NCBI GenBank assembly: GCA_046582655.1
Contig: JAYGDX010000069.1
Span: 1-52,265, forward strand
DNA from: Candidatus Poribacteria bacterium
GTDB lineage: Bacteria; Poribacteria; WGA-4E; UBA9662
Length of the DNA: 52,265 nt
Reading direction: 5' to 3'
Position numbers and translations under genes: made by a program. Positions 1 through 9,906 of the stretch are shown here, in pieces; position 1 is the first letter of the stretch, and each line of letters starts with the position of its first letter. The notes under the pieces were generated by a model. That model had not been told where the DNA came from, did no database searches, and saw only the letters and a program-made list of their open reading frames with translations.

Positions 1-1177
1 TGAGTTGGTGTTTGCTGACGAGGATGATGAATTAACCTTTGCTGATGAAGCGGATCAAGCACAAGATGCTGAATATTCCAGAGTGCCACCTTGGAAAGTA
101 TTGATAGTTGATGATGAGGAAGAAGTTCATAGCGTCACCAAACTGGCACTAAACGATTTTGAATTTGAAGGTCGAAAACTGGACTTCATGAGTGCCTTCT
201 CGAGTATTGAAGCCAAGAAGTGCGTGGAAGAAAATGGTGATATCGCCTTAATTTTATTGGACGTGGTGATGGAGACAGACGATGCCGGGCTGAAATTTGT
301 AGAGAATCTTCGGCAGGGAGAACAAGCCAATTCCATGATACGCATTGTATTACGTACGGGGCAACCCGGCTATGCTCCTGAAGAGTCTGTTATCATGGAT
401 TATGACATTAACGATTACAAAGCTAAAACCGAACTGACAACTCAAAAACTCTTTACAACCGTGGTAGCAGCGTTGCGATCTTACCGCGACCTGCAAAAAC
501 TGGAGGAGCAGCGTCAGGAAATTGAGGATATCGCCGTGGCCGCGGCACGCTTTGTACCCGCAGATATTCTCCGATTTCTGCAAAAGGAGAGTATCGTTGA
601 CGTCGGTCTTGGAGATCAAACCCAGTGTGAAATGACAGTGCTTTTTTCCGATGTACGGAATTTCACTTTGCTATCTGAAAATATGACGCCTTACGAGAGC
701 TTTAATTTTATTAATGAGTTGTTGAACAAATTCGGTCCTATTGTACGTCAGCATCACGGTTTCATAGATAAATATATCGGAGATTCAGTTATGGCGCTCT
801 TTCCTAATGAAGCCAATCACGCTGTTAAAGCTGGGATAGAAATGCAAAATGAATTGAAAGAGATTAATGCTGCCCGCCATGAAATGAATCAGCCGCTGGT
901 GAAGATTGGCGTTGGCATTCATACTGGAAAGTTAATTCTGGGCATGATAGGGGAGAAGGAACGGTTGGAAGGAACTGTCATCTCAGATGTGGTGAATACA
1001 GCCGCCCGCATGGAAGGATTAACCAAACGGTATAAGTCTCCCATGCTAATTAGTAAACAGACACTGGAAGAACTTGGTCAGCCAATAGAATATAATTATC
1101 GATTCATGGAACATGTGAAAGTTAAAGGTAAAACACAGTCAACCAGTGTATATGAAATCTATGATTCTGAACCATAA
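1..1177 (+). CDS. Response-regulator receiver + class III adenylate/guanylate cyclase; 5' end probably outside the window, C-terminus cut by a probable premature TAA
   Basis: Receiver motifs WKVLIVDDE and LILLDVVME; cyclase motifs TVLFSDVRNFT, DKYIGDSVMALF, GIHTG, VNTAARME, VKGK. The frame is open from position 2. After TAA at 1175-1177 it continues EVIKLKNTTL. Confidence 0.9.
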   Translation, partial: ELVFADEDDELTFADEADQAQDAEYSRVPPWKVLIVDDEEEVHSVTKLALNDFEFEGRKLDFMSAFSSIEAKKCVEENGDIALILLDVVMETDDAGLKFVENLRQGEQANSMIRIVLRTGQPGYAPEESVIMDYDINDYKAKTELTTQKLFTTVVAALRSYRDLQKLEEQRQEIEDIAVAAARFVPADILRFLQKESIVDVGLGDQTQCEMTVLFSDVRNFTLLSENMTPYESFNFINELLNKFGPIVRQHHGFIDKYIGDSVMALFPNEANHAVKAGIEMQNELKEINAARHEMNQPLVKIGVGIHTGKLILGMIGEKERLEGTVISDVVNTAARMEGLTKRYKSPMLISKQTLEELGQPIEYNYRFMEHVKVKGKTQSTSVYEIYDSEP

Positions 1178-1200
1178 GAGGTTATTAAACTTAAGAATAC

Positions 1201-1881
1201 CACATTGGAATTGGCGTTACTGCGGCATCATTACTTGATCAAAAGATCTCCGAATTCCAACAGTTATATAATTCTGCCAAGATGAAACGGTCTGATTTAG
1301 AGAAATTTTTGGATACAGTGGCGCAAAGCGGTTCAATAATTTCTTCTAACCTGGATCGTGCAGCTGACCTGGTGCGCGGATTTAAGCAGGTAGCGGTTGA
1401 TCAAAGTAGTGAAGAGAAGCGTGTTTTTGCCCTGGGTCCCTATTTGGAAGATGTTATTCTGAGTCTTAGGCCTAAACTTAAGCAATTGAAACACGATACC
1501 AAGGTTGTGGGTGACAGGATGACTGAAGTCGAGTCTTATCCGGGAGCCTTTTCTCAAATAGCCACCAATTTCATTATGAATTCGATTACGCATGCGTACG
1601 ATGATGAGGATGAAGGCAATATGGTCTTTGAAATCCATCTGGATGGTCGAGAAGTGACAGTTGAATACACCGATGATGGACGGGGAATACCAGAAGAGAA
1701 TCTGACTAAAATATTTGAGCCATTTTTTACCACCAAACGTGGTGAAGGAGGCAGCGGGTTAGGTATGCACATCGTATATAATCTGGTGACACAGAAACTA
1801 GGTGGGAGCATCAAATGTGAAAGTACAGTTGGAATAGGTACGAAATTCACTTTAAAACTGCCGATTGCTAACTTTCAATAA
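1201..1881 (+). pseudogene. 5'-truncated sensor histidine kinase (end of HisKA + HATPase_c), lacking the H-box His and sensor
   Basis: Frame reads IGIGVTAASLL (post-H-box segment) from 1204, then N box NFIMNSITHA, G1 DDGRGI, F box IFEPFFTTK and G2 GSGLGM. In-frame TAA at 1192-1194 upstream. Confidence 0.85.
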
Positions 1882-1885
1882 TCTG

Positions 1886-1925
1886 TTTCTATCTTTGCAG
1901 TTCCCTCAAACTGCAAAGATAGAAA
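1886..1925. terminator. Intrinsic terminator-like hairpin
   Basis: Perfect 17-bp inverted repeat TTTCTATCTTTGCAGTT / AACTGCAAAGATAGAAA with a 6-nt loop, 5 nt after the kinase stop. Confidence 0.75.
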
Positions 1926-2074
1926 ACCATTTTAGTTCAAGACACTTTCCAATTCAATCCCTAAAATACCGATCACTTACCTCTACCCTAAATAGGAACT
2001 AACCAAGGTAAGTTGTTTCTTCTTGATTGTTAAAAATCCTATTCTCCTCTTAGTCTAACATGGTAGTACCACAG

Positions 2075-2103
2075 TTGACACCGACAAACAAGGTTGCTAT
2101 AAT
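2075..2103 (+). promoter_or_regulatory. sigma70-type promoter for the LMW-PTP / FGE / ceramidase-like gene run
   Basis: Exact TTGACA-N17-TATAAT with extended -10 TG, 30 nt upstream of ATG 2133. Confidence 0.85.
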
Positions 2104-2132
2104 CCCCGCACATTCGTCTGCTTGGAACCATA

Positions 2133-2591
2133 ATGCGTGTACTCTTTCTTTGCCTAGGGAACATCTGCCGCTCACCGATGGCGGAAGCGATATTCCAAAA
2201 GATGGTCAATAACGCTGGACTGGATGCTTCTGTATCAGTTGATTCGGCAGGAACTGAAAATTGGAACGTTGGAAAAACAGCACATTTTGGTACATTAGAG
2301 GTTTTAAACCGCCATGGAATTAAATACCGAGGATGTGCTCGCCAGATTAATGCCAAAGATATAGCCGATAACCTAACTCATATTGTAGCTATGGACGACA
2401 GTAACCTTAGAATCTTACGTCATCGTTTTGGTTGTCGACAAAACACACATCTGCTATTGGATTTTGCTAAAGACACGAATGTGACCGAAGTACCCGATCC
2501 TTTTTACTCAAATAATTTTGATTTTGTTTACAACCTGATTACGGACGGTTGCCTCGGATTGCTGTCCCACTTGAAACAACAGTTGAAATAA
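2133..2591 (+). CDS. Low molecular weight protein-tyrosine phosphatase
   Basis: P-loop CLGNICRSP, DSAGT and DPFY motifs. Confidence 0.93.
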   Translation: MRVLFLCLGNICRSPMAEAIFQKMVNNAGLDASVSVDSAGTENWNVGKTAHFGTLEVLNRHGIKYRGCARQINAKDIADNLTHIVAMDDSNLRILRHRFGCRQNTHLLLDFAKDTNVTEVPDPFYSNNFDFVYNLITDGCLGLLSHLKQQLK

Positions 2592-2620
2592 ACTGATTTC
2601 CCTGGCTAACAAAAGCATAA

Positions 2621-3517
2621 ATGAACCGCTACATTTACCTGTTACTCATATGCGTGTTTTTACCAATATCTGGTTGTGATGATTATGGAATTATTCATAT
2701 TGTTGATCAGGTTGACGAGGTGGTTATTGATCAAACCCTAGGCTTGCCTAAAACAATAATCGGCAGAAATGGGTCGATGATGGCTCTAATTCCAAATGGA
2801 ATTTTTGAGATGGGAGACCATTTTGCAGAAGGTGAACAGAGCGAACAACCAGTCCATGAGGTTGAACTTGACGCTTTTTACATGGATATGCATGAAATAA
2901 CGGTTGGTCAATACAGGGGATTCATTGAAGCAACAGGTTATCAATCTCTGAACTGGAAAAAAATTCTGGACGTTTCGCCGACAGACAACCACCCAATGGT
3001 ACATGTTAGTTGGTTTGATACTATGAGCTATGCAAAATGGGTGAAGAAGAGACTGCCGACAGAAGCGGAATGGGAATATGCCGCACGCGGTGGATTGGCT
3101 GGAAAAAGGTATGCCTACGTAGGAAACATCCATCCATCGAAAGCAAATTACAACCGAAACATCGGACAAACAACAGCCGTAGGAACATATCCTCCTAACA
3201 GTTATGAATTGTATGATATAGCTGGCAACGTTTGGGAGTGGTGTCTTGATACATACGATCCAAATTTTTATAGCATTAGCCCACGGAAAAATCCAATTGC
3301 GGAAGCAAATGTTTTTCAGCTGGCCGAGGACTTTTCCGATGACAACAAACCGCATATTCTTAGAGGAGGATCTTGGGGATCGTTCGGGCATCAAGTTCTT
3401 CGTGTCTCCGCCCGCCACTATTATGGGTCGGATAATCTGAAGACGGATAGCAACTGTGGGTTCCGTTGTGTGCAATCAGTTCAGTCAGACGCCCAAATCC
3501 AATGGAATAGCCAATAA
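2621..3517 (+). CDS. FGE-sulfatase (SUMF1/EgtB/PvdO family) domain lipoprotein
   Basis: Lipobox-like PISGC; motifs FEMG, PVHEV, RLPTEAEWEYAARGG, GNVWEWC, RGGSW, GFRC. The canonical FGE catalytic Cys pair is not evident. Confidence 0.88.
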   Translation: MNRYIYLLLICVFLPISGCDDYGIIHIVDQVDEVVIDQTLGLPKTIIGRNGSMMALIPNGIFEMGDHFAEGEQSEQPVHEVELDAFYMDMHEITVGQYRGFIEATGYQSLNWKKILDVSPTDNHPMVHVSWFDTMSYAKWVKKRLPTEAEWEYAARGGLAGKRYAYVGNIHPSKANYNRNIGQTTAVGTYPPNSYELYDIAGNVWEWCLDTYDPNFYSISPRKNPIAEANVFQLAEDFSDDNKPHILRGGSWGSFGHQVLRVSARHYYGSDNLKTDSNCGFRCVQSVQSDAQIQWNSQ

Positions 3518-3534
3518 AAATTGAAGGAAACAGT

Positions 3535-4713
3535 ATGCTTTTTCAAGCAGGGGCAGCCAAAATTAATGTCACACCACATCTCGGATGCCAGATGGCAGGA
3601 TACGCGTCTCGGGATCAGGGAAGCCAAACTATCACGGATGCCCTTTACTCCAAGGCTATTGTGTTAGACGATGGCAATCAGCAAGTTGCTATTATAACCA
3701 ATGATCTTATCGGTGTGGCAGCAGAATTTGTAGCAGATGTACGTCGGGAAATCGAGTACGCGACATCAATTCCACAACGAAACATTATGATTAGTTGCTC
3801 GCATACCCATTTTGGTCCAGAGACTCGCCAGTCGGATTTAATAACGAATAATGAGCATATTATAGGTAACGGAAAGTATATCCATCATCTAGCAGAACGT
3901 ATGACAACCGTTGTTGAAATCGCCCAACAGAATTTGCAACCAGCACGAATTGGCTACGGATCGGGCATGGTAGATAATGTCAGTTTTAACCGTCATACCA
4001 TCCAACCGGATGGGACAGCCAAAACAAGTTTCCTCCTACCACCGCCCGATACGGATCTGACTTTTGGGCTTTCAGATCCAAAGTTGAACATTATTCGCAT
4101 CGAAGATCCCAACCAGAAAACCATCGCTACGCTTGTACATTTTGCCTGTCATCCAGTTACTAGCACGGATAAAATGTATGCCATCAGCGCGGACTATCCG
4201 GGATATGTAATGAATTTGATTGAAGGTGTTGAAGGTGGCGTTACCCTCTTTGGACTCGGTTGTGCTGGAAACTTGGTGCCGATCCAACGTCAAAAAGCGT
4301 TTCCACGCTTGATTGGTCATACTATCGGTGCAGAAGCTCTAAAGGTATTACAATGGATTAACACCACATGCGATATACGGATTCAGACCCACACAAAATC
4401 AGTGGAGTTAACAAGGAGAGAAACTGGTGAAGTGGGGGATGTTGAAAAGATTGAGATTCAATGCATCAATATTGGAGGCATATACTTTGTTGGATTACCA
4501 GGGGAAATCTTTACCGAAATCGGTTTGAATATCGCTAGCAAATCCGGTATAGAAAAGCTCCTGCTGATATCAATGACAAACGGAAGTTATGGATATTTCC
4601 CAACAATGATTGCTTATGAACAAGGGGGATATGAATCTGGCGTGTCGCAGTTTCAGGCGGATTGCGGAGAAACACTTACCGAGGTTGTAACTGAAATGAT
4701 ACGCGAAGTTTGA
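3535..4713 (+). CDS. Neutral/alkaline non-lysosomal ceramidase N-terminal family protein
   Basis: GAAKINVTP, MAGY, SHTHFGP, FACHP, ISADYPG, PGEIFTEIG and GGYE motifs. Confidence 0.8.
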   Translation: MLFQAGAAKINVTPHLGCQMAGYASRDQGSQTITDALYSKAIVLDDGNQQVAIITNDLIGVAAEFVADVRREIEYATSIPQRNIMISCSHTHFGPETRQSDLITNNEHIIGNGKYIHHLAERMTTVVEIAQQNLQPARIGYGSGMVDNVSFNRHTIQPDGTAKTSFLLPPPDTDLTFGLSDPKLNIIRIEDPNQKTIATLVHFACHPVTSTDKMYAISADYPGYVMNLIEGVEGGVTLFGLGCAGNLVPIQRQKAFPRLIGHTIGAEALKVLQWINTTCDIRIQTHTKSVELTRRETGEVGDVEKIEIQCINIGGIYFVGLPGEIFTEIGLNIASKSGIEKLLLISMTNGSYGYFPTMIAYEQGGYESGVSQFQADCGETLTEVVTEMIREV

Positions 4714-4743
4714 GTCAGCCCTTTTAACGGTTCAGTTGTTTGT

Positions 4744-5145
4744 TCAAGCAGCCAAAAGCTGGATTCTTTGGATCAAGCTTCCCACCCCGTTCTGTCTGCC
4801 GGGTGTCAGTATGCCTTTGATACCCAGTTCTTTGAGTAAATCAATATCAAAATTTTGTATTTCTTTTTGAGTGCGACCATTTAGTATCTGTAGCATCAGT
4901 GCTACAAGCCCTTTGACGATAACAGCGTCGCTCACAGCCCGGTAGTGGATGGTGTCACCTTTCCGTTCCACCATCAGCCATAAATTACTCTGGCAACCTG
5001 GCACTTTCAGTTCATCCAACTTAAACTCTTCCGGATATGGTTCCAATTCGTCACCCATCTCTATAATGGTGCTGTATTTGGCAAAATCATCCGGCATATC
5101 GTCTAGCATTTCTTTAATGTCTTGAATTTCTTCTTCAATTGTCAT
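4744..5145 (-). CDS. sufE: SufE family Fe-S sulfur acceptor
   Basis: VPGCQSNLW, SDAVIVKGL, LTPGRQNG; ATGA overlap with sufS. Confidence 0.92.
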   Translation of the reverse strand: MTIEEEIQDIKEMLDDMPDDFAKYSTIIEMGDELEPYPEEFKLDELKVPGCQSNLWLMVERKGDTIHYRAVSDAVIVKGLVALMLQILNGRTQKEIQNFDIDLLKELGIKGILTPGRQNGVGSLIQRIQLLAA

Positions 5146-6335
5146 AATACGGCCATCACTTTATTCAGAGCATTGATGAACCGATCAATGTCATTTTGAG
5201 TGGTGTAGATACCGAAACTCGCGCGTAACACACCACGCCCAACCTGATTGACCAATATCGGTTCAGCACAGAGATAGCCACTTCGAACCGCAATACCCTG
5301 AGTATTCAGTAATGTTGCAACATCACTGCTTTGAGCCTCGTTGACCGTGAACACAACCAATCCCAACTTTTCTGTGTCAGGGTACAGGACGGAAACCCTG
5401 TTGATCTTATTCAGCTGCTTTTGTGCGTAGTCCGAAATTTCTTTCTCGTGCTGATATATTTTTTCAATATCAATATTTTGTACCCAGTTCAGAGCTGCAC
5501 CAAGACCAATCACTCCTGCGATATTTGTGGTTCCCGCTTCATATCGCCATGGCATATCATTATAAGTAGTATGATCAAAACGCACACTCTTTATCATATC
5601 CCCACCTCCCATATAAGGAGGCATTTCATCTAGGAATCCGTCTCTAGCGTACAAAATACCAACCCCGGTTGGCCCATATATTTTATGTCCGCTGAAAACC
5701 AGAAAATCACAGTAGCTGACATCGGTCTTGACACGTGGGACACTTTGCGCGCCATCAAACAATACGGTTGCGCCATAATCTCTGGCCACCTCACTAACCT
5801 GCCGGTAATCAAGCGTAATCCCAGTAGCATTTGGCAGAACACTCATTGATATAATACAACGCCCTTCAACCTGTTGTATTACTGTATGTAGCTGGTTTAG
5901 ATTCAGGCGTCCATCAGGTAACAGCGGAATAACTTCGATTGTAAGTCCCTGACGTACTTTCAACTGTTGCCAAGGCACAATATTGGCATGATGTTCGGCT
6001 TCACTTAGGATAACAGTATCTTTAATAGTCCAATCTGCACAAAAGCAGTTAGCGATTGTGTTGATCCCATGTGTCGTTCCACTGGTAAATACAATCTCCT
6101 TGTCTTGGTTGGCTCCGATAAACTTCCTGACAACCGGGCGCACTCCTTCATATTCTTCGGTTGCCTGTTCCGCCCAATCATGGATTCCCCTATGAATGTT
6201 GGCGTTATAACAATTGTAGTATTCATCGATTTTATCCGTTACGCATTTAGGAGTTAAACTTGTGGCCGCGCTGTCGAGATAAACATGACCGTTATTGGGT
6301 GCTGATAGGATCTGAAAATCGTATTTGTTATTCAA
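5142..6335 (-). CDS. sufS: SufS-type cysteine desulfurase
   Basis: YLDSAAT, NIHRG, EHHANIVPWQ, PLP site SGHKIYGPTG, GGGDMI, catalytic loop RSGYLCAEP; adjacent to sufE. Confidence 0.9.
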   Translation of the reverse strand: MNNKYDFQILSAPNNGHVYLDSAATSLTPKCVTDKIDEYYNCYNANIHRGIHDWAEQATEEYEGVRPVVRKFIGANQDKEIVFTSGTTHGINTIANCFCADWTIKDTVILSEAEHHANIVPWQQLKVRQGLTIEVIPLLPDGRLNLNQLHTVIQQVEGRCIISMSVLPNATGITLDYRQVSEVARDYGATVLFDGAQSVPRVKTDVSYCDFLVFSGHKIYGPTGVGILYARDGFLDEMPPYMGGGDMIKSVRFDHTTYNDMPWRYEAGTTNIAGVIGLGAALNWVQNIDIEKIYQHEKEISDYAQKQLNKINRVSVLYPDTEKLGLVVFTVNEAQSSDVATLLNTQGIAVRSGYLCAEPILVNQVGRGVLRASFGIYTTQNDIDRFINALNKVMAVL

Positions 6336-6671
6336 TTTATGTCTTGGATCAATTCACTGGAATACAAACTGTGTCAACCGTTGACAGAATATGACCGTTG
6401 GTTTGAGTCGACAGATACCCGGGATAGAATATGGTCTAATTATACTGAAACACACCGATGTTTGCAAATATTAGTCCCACACCGTATGTCTGAGTCAGAA
6501 AATCATGTCTTATCGACAGGCACGCCCAATAAAGGATGCATCTCCTTAATGCAAAGTGATCTATCGATGTCGATTTTCCAAGCAATGTATCTATTGCTAT
6601 TATTATCAAAATTACTATATCTCACAAGGTAACACTTAAACTGATAAAAAGCTAAAGGAGTAGGCAACCAA

Positions 6672-7571
6672 ATGAAATTAGTAAGCTTTGAAGATAAAAA
6701 TCGGATCAAACTAGGTGCAGTTATTGGTGATCAGATACTTGATCTCCACGCGACATCTGCTTCAGATTATCTGCTTGGGATGATTGAATTCCTTGAAGGT
6801 GAACATGATGCCTTTGCCATAGCTAGTCTGGCGATTGACACGGCGCAAAAGGCCCCTGAGGAGTCGGTTTGGGCTGAACATGCAAGGTTATTACCACCTG
6901 TCCCAAATCCGAAGAAATTCTTGTTGTTGGCGGGAAACTATGCTGAACACATTGAAGAAGGTGGTGAAAAGGCATTAAGCAAAACCGAGACCATACCTCG
7001 TGTTTTTATGAAACCGCCACAGAGTACAATGATCGCTAATGGGCAGCCGATTATTATTCCTCCCAATGCTGGATTTATTGATTGGGAAGCAGAACTAGCC
7101 GTTATCATCGGTAAAGGCGGAAAATTTATCGATCGTGAGAGCGCCTATTCTCACGTAGCAGGTTATACCATTGTCAACGATGTGTCGGAACGGGAACTAC
7201 AAGTGAAAGAAAGCAGGGTGACTCGTGCTGGAGATGAATGGTTTGATTGGTTTAACGGAAAGTGTTTTGATACATTTGCACCGATTGGACCATGGTTGGT
7301 CACTAGAGATGAAATTCCGAACCCGCATGATCTTCAGATCTCACTGCGTGTCAATGGAAAAACCAAGCAGAACGCAAACACAGGCCAAATGATTTTCGAC
7401 ATTGCTGAGCTAATCGAGTTTATTTCCAGCCAAATGACGCTTGAACCTGGGGATATTATATCGACAGGAACCCCAGCGGGTGTTGGTTATCCGCACCAAA
7501 AACTTGTTCCCAGCGATGTTGTCGAAGTCGAGATCGAACATATTGGTATCTTAAAGAACCCTGTCCAGTAA
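6672..7571 (+). CDS. Fumarylacetoacetate hydrolase family protein
   Basis: GNYAEH, DWEAELAVIIGK, NDVSER, GKCFDTFAPIGP, GDIISTGTPAGVG. Confidence 0.92.
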   Translation: MKLVSFEDKNRIKLGAVIGDQILDLHATSASDYLLGMIEFLEGEHDAFAIASLAIDTAQKAPEESVWAEHARLLPPVPNPKKFLLLAGNYAEHIEEGGEKALSKTETIPRVFMKPPQSTMIANGQPIIIPPNAGFIDWEAELAVIIGKGGKFIDRESAYSHVAGYTIVNDVSERELQVKESRVTRAGDEWFDWFNGKCFDTFAPIGPWLVTRDEIPNPHDLQISLRVNGKTKQNANTGQMIFDIAELIEFISSQMTLEPGDIISTGTPAGVGYPHQKLVPSDVVEVEIEHIGILKNPVQ

Positions 7572-7577
7572 GCCTAA

Positions 7578-9905
7578 CTAGTTCCATACCATAATCATGA
7601 TTGGTTTTACCTTTTGCAAGGTTTCAATGCGTTGAATCAGGGAATCCGCGTCCGTTTTTTGAGAAAAACTACCGACTGTCACGCGATACCAAATTTGACT
7701 ATTAACTTCTACCTGCACGATTTTAATTGTTTGATTCAGTTTAAGTGATTCTAAAGAATCAACCAGAGCCTCAGCATTTTTGCGATCTTTGAAAGAACTC
7801 GCCAATAACGTATAAGAAGAAATCGGCTTATCCTTGGCCTGATTCAGCTGTTTCCGATCAGCTGCCAGAATAATTTCAACCCGTCGGTTTTTTTGTCGGT
7901 TTTCGGGAGTGTCATTTTCAGTAATCCCTCTCGTTTCACCATACCCAACGGCTGAAATTCGATTTTGATTTATGGCAAAGTTGGTAATCAAATAATTCAT
8001 TACTGCATTTGCGCGCTTCTCTGATAGAGCCAAGTTGTAATTGGCATCACCAACATTGTCCGTGTGCCCTTCAATAATTACATGAGTTGTTGAGTAAGCC
8101 AGAATCGCGTCCGCAATCTGAATTAATGTTTCATGGAATTCACTTTTAATCCTAGCTGAATCTGTATCAAATATTATCTCGGATAAGGTTAAAACGAGTC
8201 CGCGTTGTTCTTGTCGGGTATGAATCACTTTTTCACGCAAATCGATTAACTGTATTTTCACCAGCTGAGTTGCACAATTTCCAGCAAGATCACAAAGAGT
8301 TAAAACGCAACTATGTTCGATGTCCGAATCTATCGCATGCTGTTTCTGGGAATCCAAGATAATTGGAAATGAGGGATTTCCTTTACCCTCGACTTGATCG
8401 GCAAGATCTTCGCCAGCAAAGAATTGAAGTACCCAATGATCTACATGAGTTGGTTCTGAAATTGCTGCTTGAACTACCAGAGCAGTCGATGCGTTCTTTT
8501 TATTCCCTGAGTCCGTTAGAATGATAGGATTTGCTGTGACCTCGAAGCTTATAGGTTTTGTGTCGATAATCACCTGTGTTTGACTACTTAATTGTTGTTT
8601 TTCGTCTTGATTGATGTCTAGCAGAAGTACGTTATATTTTCCATCAGTAACTATGTTTTGAGAAGTGTTTTTTCCCGCCCAGGTAATTGGTATGGTTGGA
8701 GTTCCTTTTCCCGAAAATTGACGCACAATCTTATTTTGGCGATTTCGGATTTCCAGTTGCCATTCGAGTTCTTGCCGCTTAATGAAGTTAAACTGAGTTT
8801 GATCTTTAATCCCGTCACCGTTTGGCGAGATTGCTTTATCCGATACTGCTAAACGAGATTTCAATCTATCTGGCATAACAATCGCTGGAACTGAAGCAGG
8901 TTTATCCAGTGATGACGGAGTTAACCAACTTACTGCCACGGAGAGCCAGTGGCTTCCTGAGCTATGTTCACTATTCACATAAGCATAATCAATTCGGGTA
9001 TTACCATGGCGTAGGCCAACACCGTGTGTCCATGTTCCTTCTGTGAATTTTGAATAGTTCATCAGGCTAGAATAACCAATCCGGAATAAAAGATTATTGA
9101 AAAAGGATCGCTCCACTCCGAGGTGAAAACGCAATCTATCGCCTCGCTCATACGCGTGGTCATCATGCCAAGCCAGATCAACAGAAAAAGGCGTATTAAC
9201 ATCAATATAATAGGTTGAACCAAACCGGAGGATCAACGGCATCTTCTCATCTCTAACCAATTTTCCACCCTGCCAAAAACGACTGCCAATATCACTAAGT
9301 GCTAAGCCGAATAAGACACGGTCTCCAAGCCGAGGTAGTTTCCTTGTATAAGCTCCACCTAAATCCAGTCCCCAACCTATCTTGGTTATATTCTCGAAAC
9401 TTCGCCGATGATGCCGGATGCTCATACCAGTTGAAAACCCATTTTTCAAATCTAGGCCATAGCCAATCAGCATCATCCGGCTTTTGGAATCATCTGCTCC
9501 CCATCCATCGACCCAAGAGGATATGGAAATATTGCCCATATCAGTTGACGATATTTGAAGTTGTTCGAGATTCATCGCTAGGGAAACCGCACCTTCTCTA
9601 TCCTCCGATTCCTTGGTAAACGGCAACGAAGTTAGAGTAAATTCGGTCTTGTCCAAAACACCTATCAACGCAGGATTCCACAGTTCACTGCCTCCACCAG
9701 TTGGTCCTGCGGTGTGCGCACTACCCATGCCGATAGCACGCACATCAGTACCAATAAGTATTCGTCGATCATGTAGAAATAATTGTGGGTCTCTCAGGAA
9801 TTGGGCTGGAACTGACTCGGAAAGGACAACAATCAACACCAAAACTGATAGGGTAATGTGTCGCCAGCTAATCGCAATAGACTCAAAAGTGGCATTCGAT
9901 AACAT
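7578..9905 (-). CDS. Outer-membrane multidomain protein: PorV/PorQ-like beta-barrel + FlgD-type Ig + OmpA + SPOR
   Basis: Signal peptide; RAIGMGSA...WNPA barrel N-terminus and G.GL...RIDYAY end; ISPNGDG Ig segment; OmpA motifs FDTDSA, IEGHTD, NLALSEKRA, GYGE, NRRVEI; C-terminal SPOR-like WYRVTVGSF. Confidence 0.8.
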   Translation of the reverse strand: MLSNATFESIAISWRHITLSVLVLIVVLSESVPAQFLRDPQLFLHDRRILIGTDVRAIGMGSAHTAGPTGGGSELWNPALIGVLDKTEFTLTSLPFTKESEDREGAVSLAMNLEQLQISSTDMGNISISSWVDGWGADDSKSRMMLIGYGLDLKNGFSTGMSIRHHRRSFENITKIGWGLDLGGAYTRKLPRLGDRVLFGLALSDIGSRFWQGGKLVRDEKMPLILRFGSTYYIDVNTPFSVDLAWHDDHAYERGDRLRFHLGVERSFFNNLLFRIGYSSLMNYSKFTEGTWTHGVGLRHGNTRIDYAYVNSEHSSGSHWLSVAVSWLTPSSLDKPASVPAIVMPDRLKSRLAVSDKAISPNGDGIKDQTQFNFIKRQELEWQLEIRNRQNKIVRQFSGKGTPTIPITWAGKNTSQNIVTDGKYNVLLLDINQDEKQQLSSQTQVIIDTKPISFEVTANPIILTDSGNKKNASTALVVQAAISEPTHVDHWVLQFFAGEDLADQVEGKGNPSFPIILDSQKQHAIDSDIEHSCVLTLCDLAGNCATQLVKIQLIDLREKVIHTRQEQRGLVLTLSEIIFDTDSARIKSEFHETLIQIADAILAYSTTHVIIEGHTDNVGDANYNLALSEKRANAVMNYLITNFAINQNRISAVGYGETRGITENDTPENRQKNRRVEIILAADRKQLNQAKDKPISSYTLLASSFKDRKNAEALVDSLESLKLNQTIKIVQVEVNSQIWYRVTVGSFSQKTDADSLIQRIETLQKVKPIMIMVWN

Positions 9906-9906
9906 G

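Noticed and set aside
2621..3517. FGE-domain gene as a diversity-generating retroelement target
   Set aside because: No template repeat matching its 3' end and no reverse transcriptase seen in the window; a remote DGR cannot be excluded.
6339..6709. ORFs 6339-6632 and 6503-6709 between sufS and the FAH gene
   Set aside because: No motifs or RBS; they occupy a divergent promoter region.
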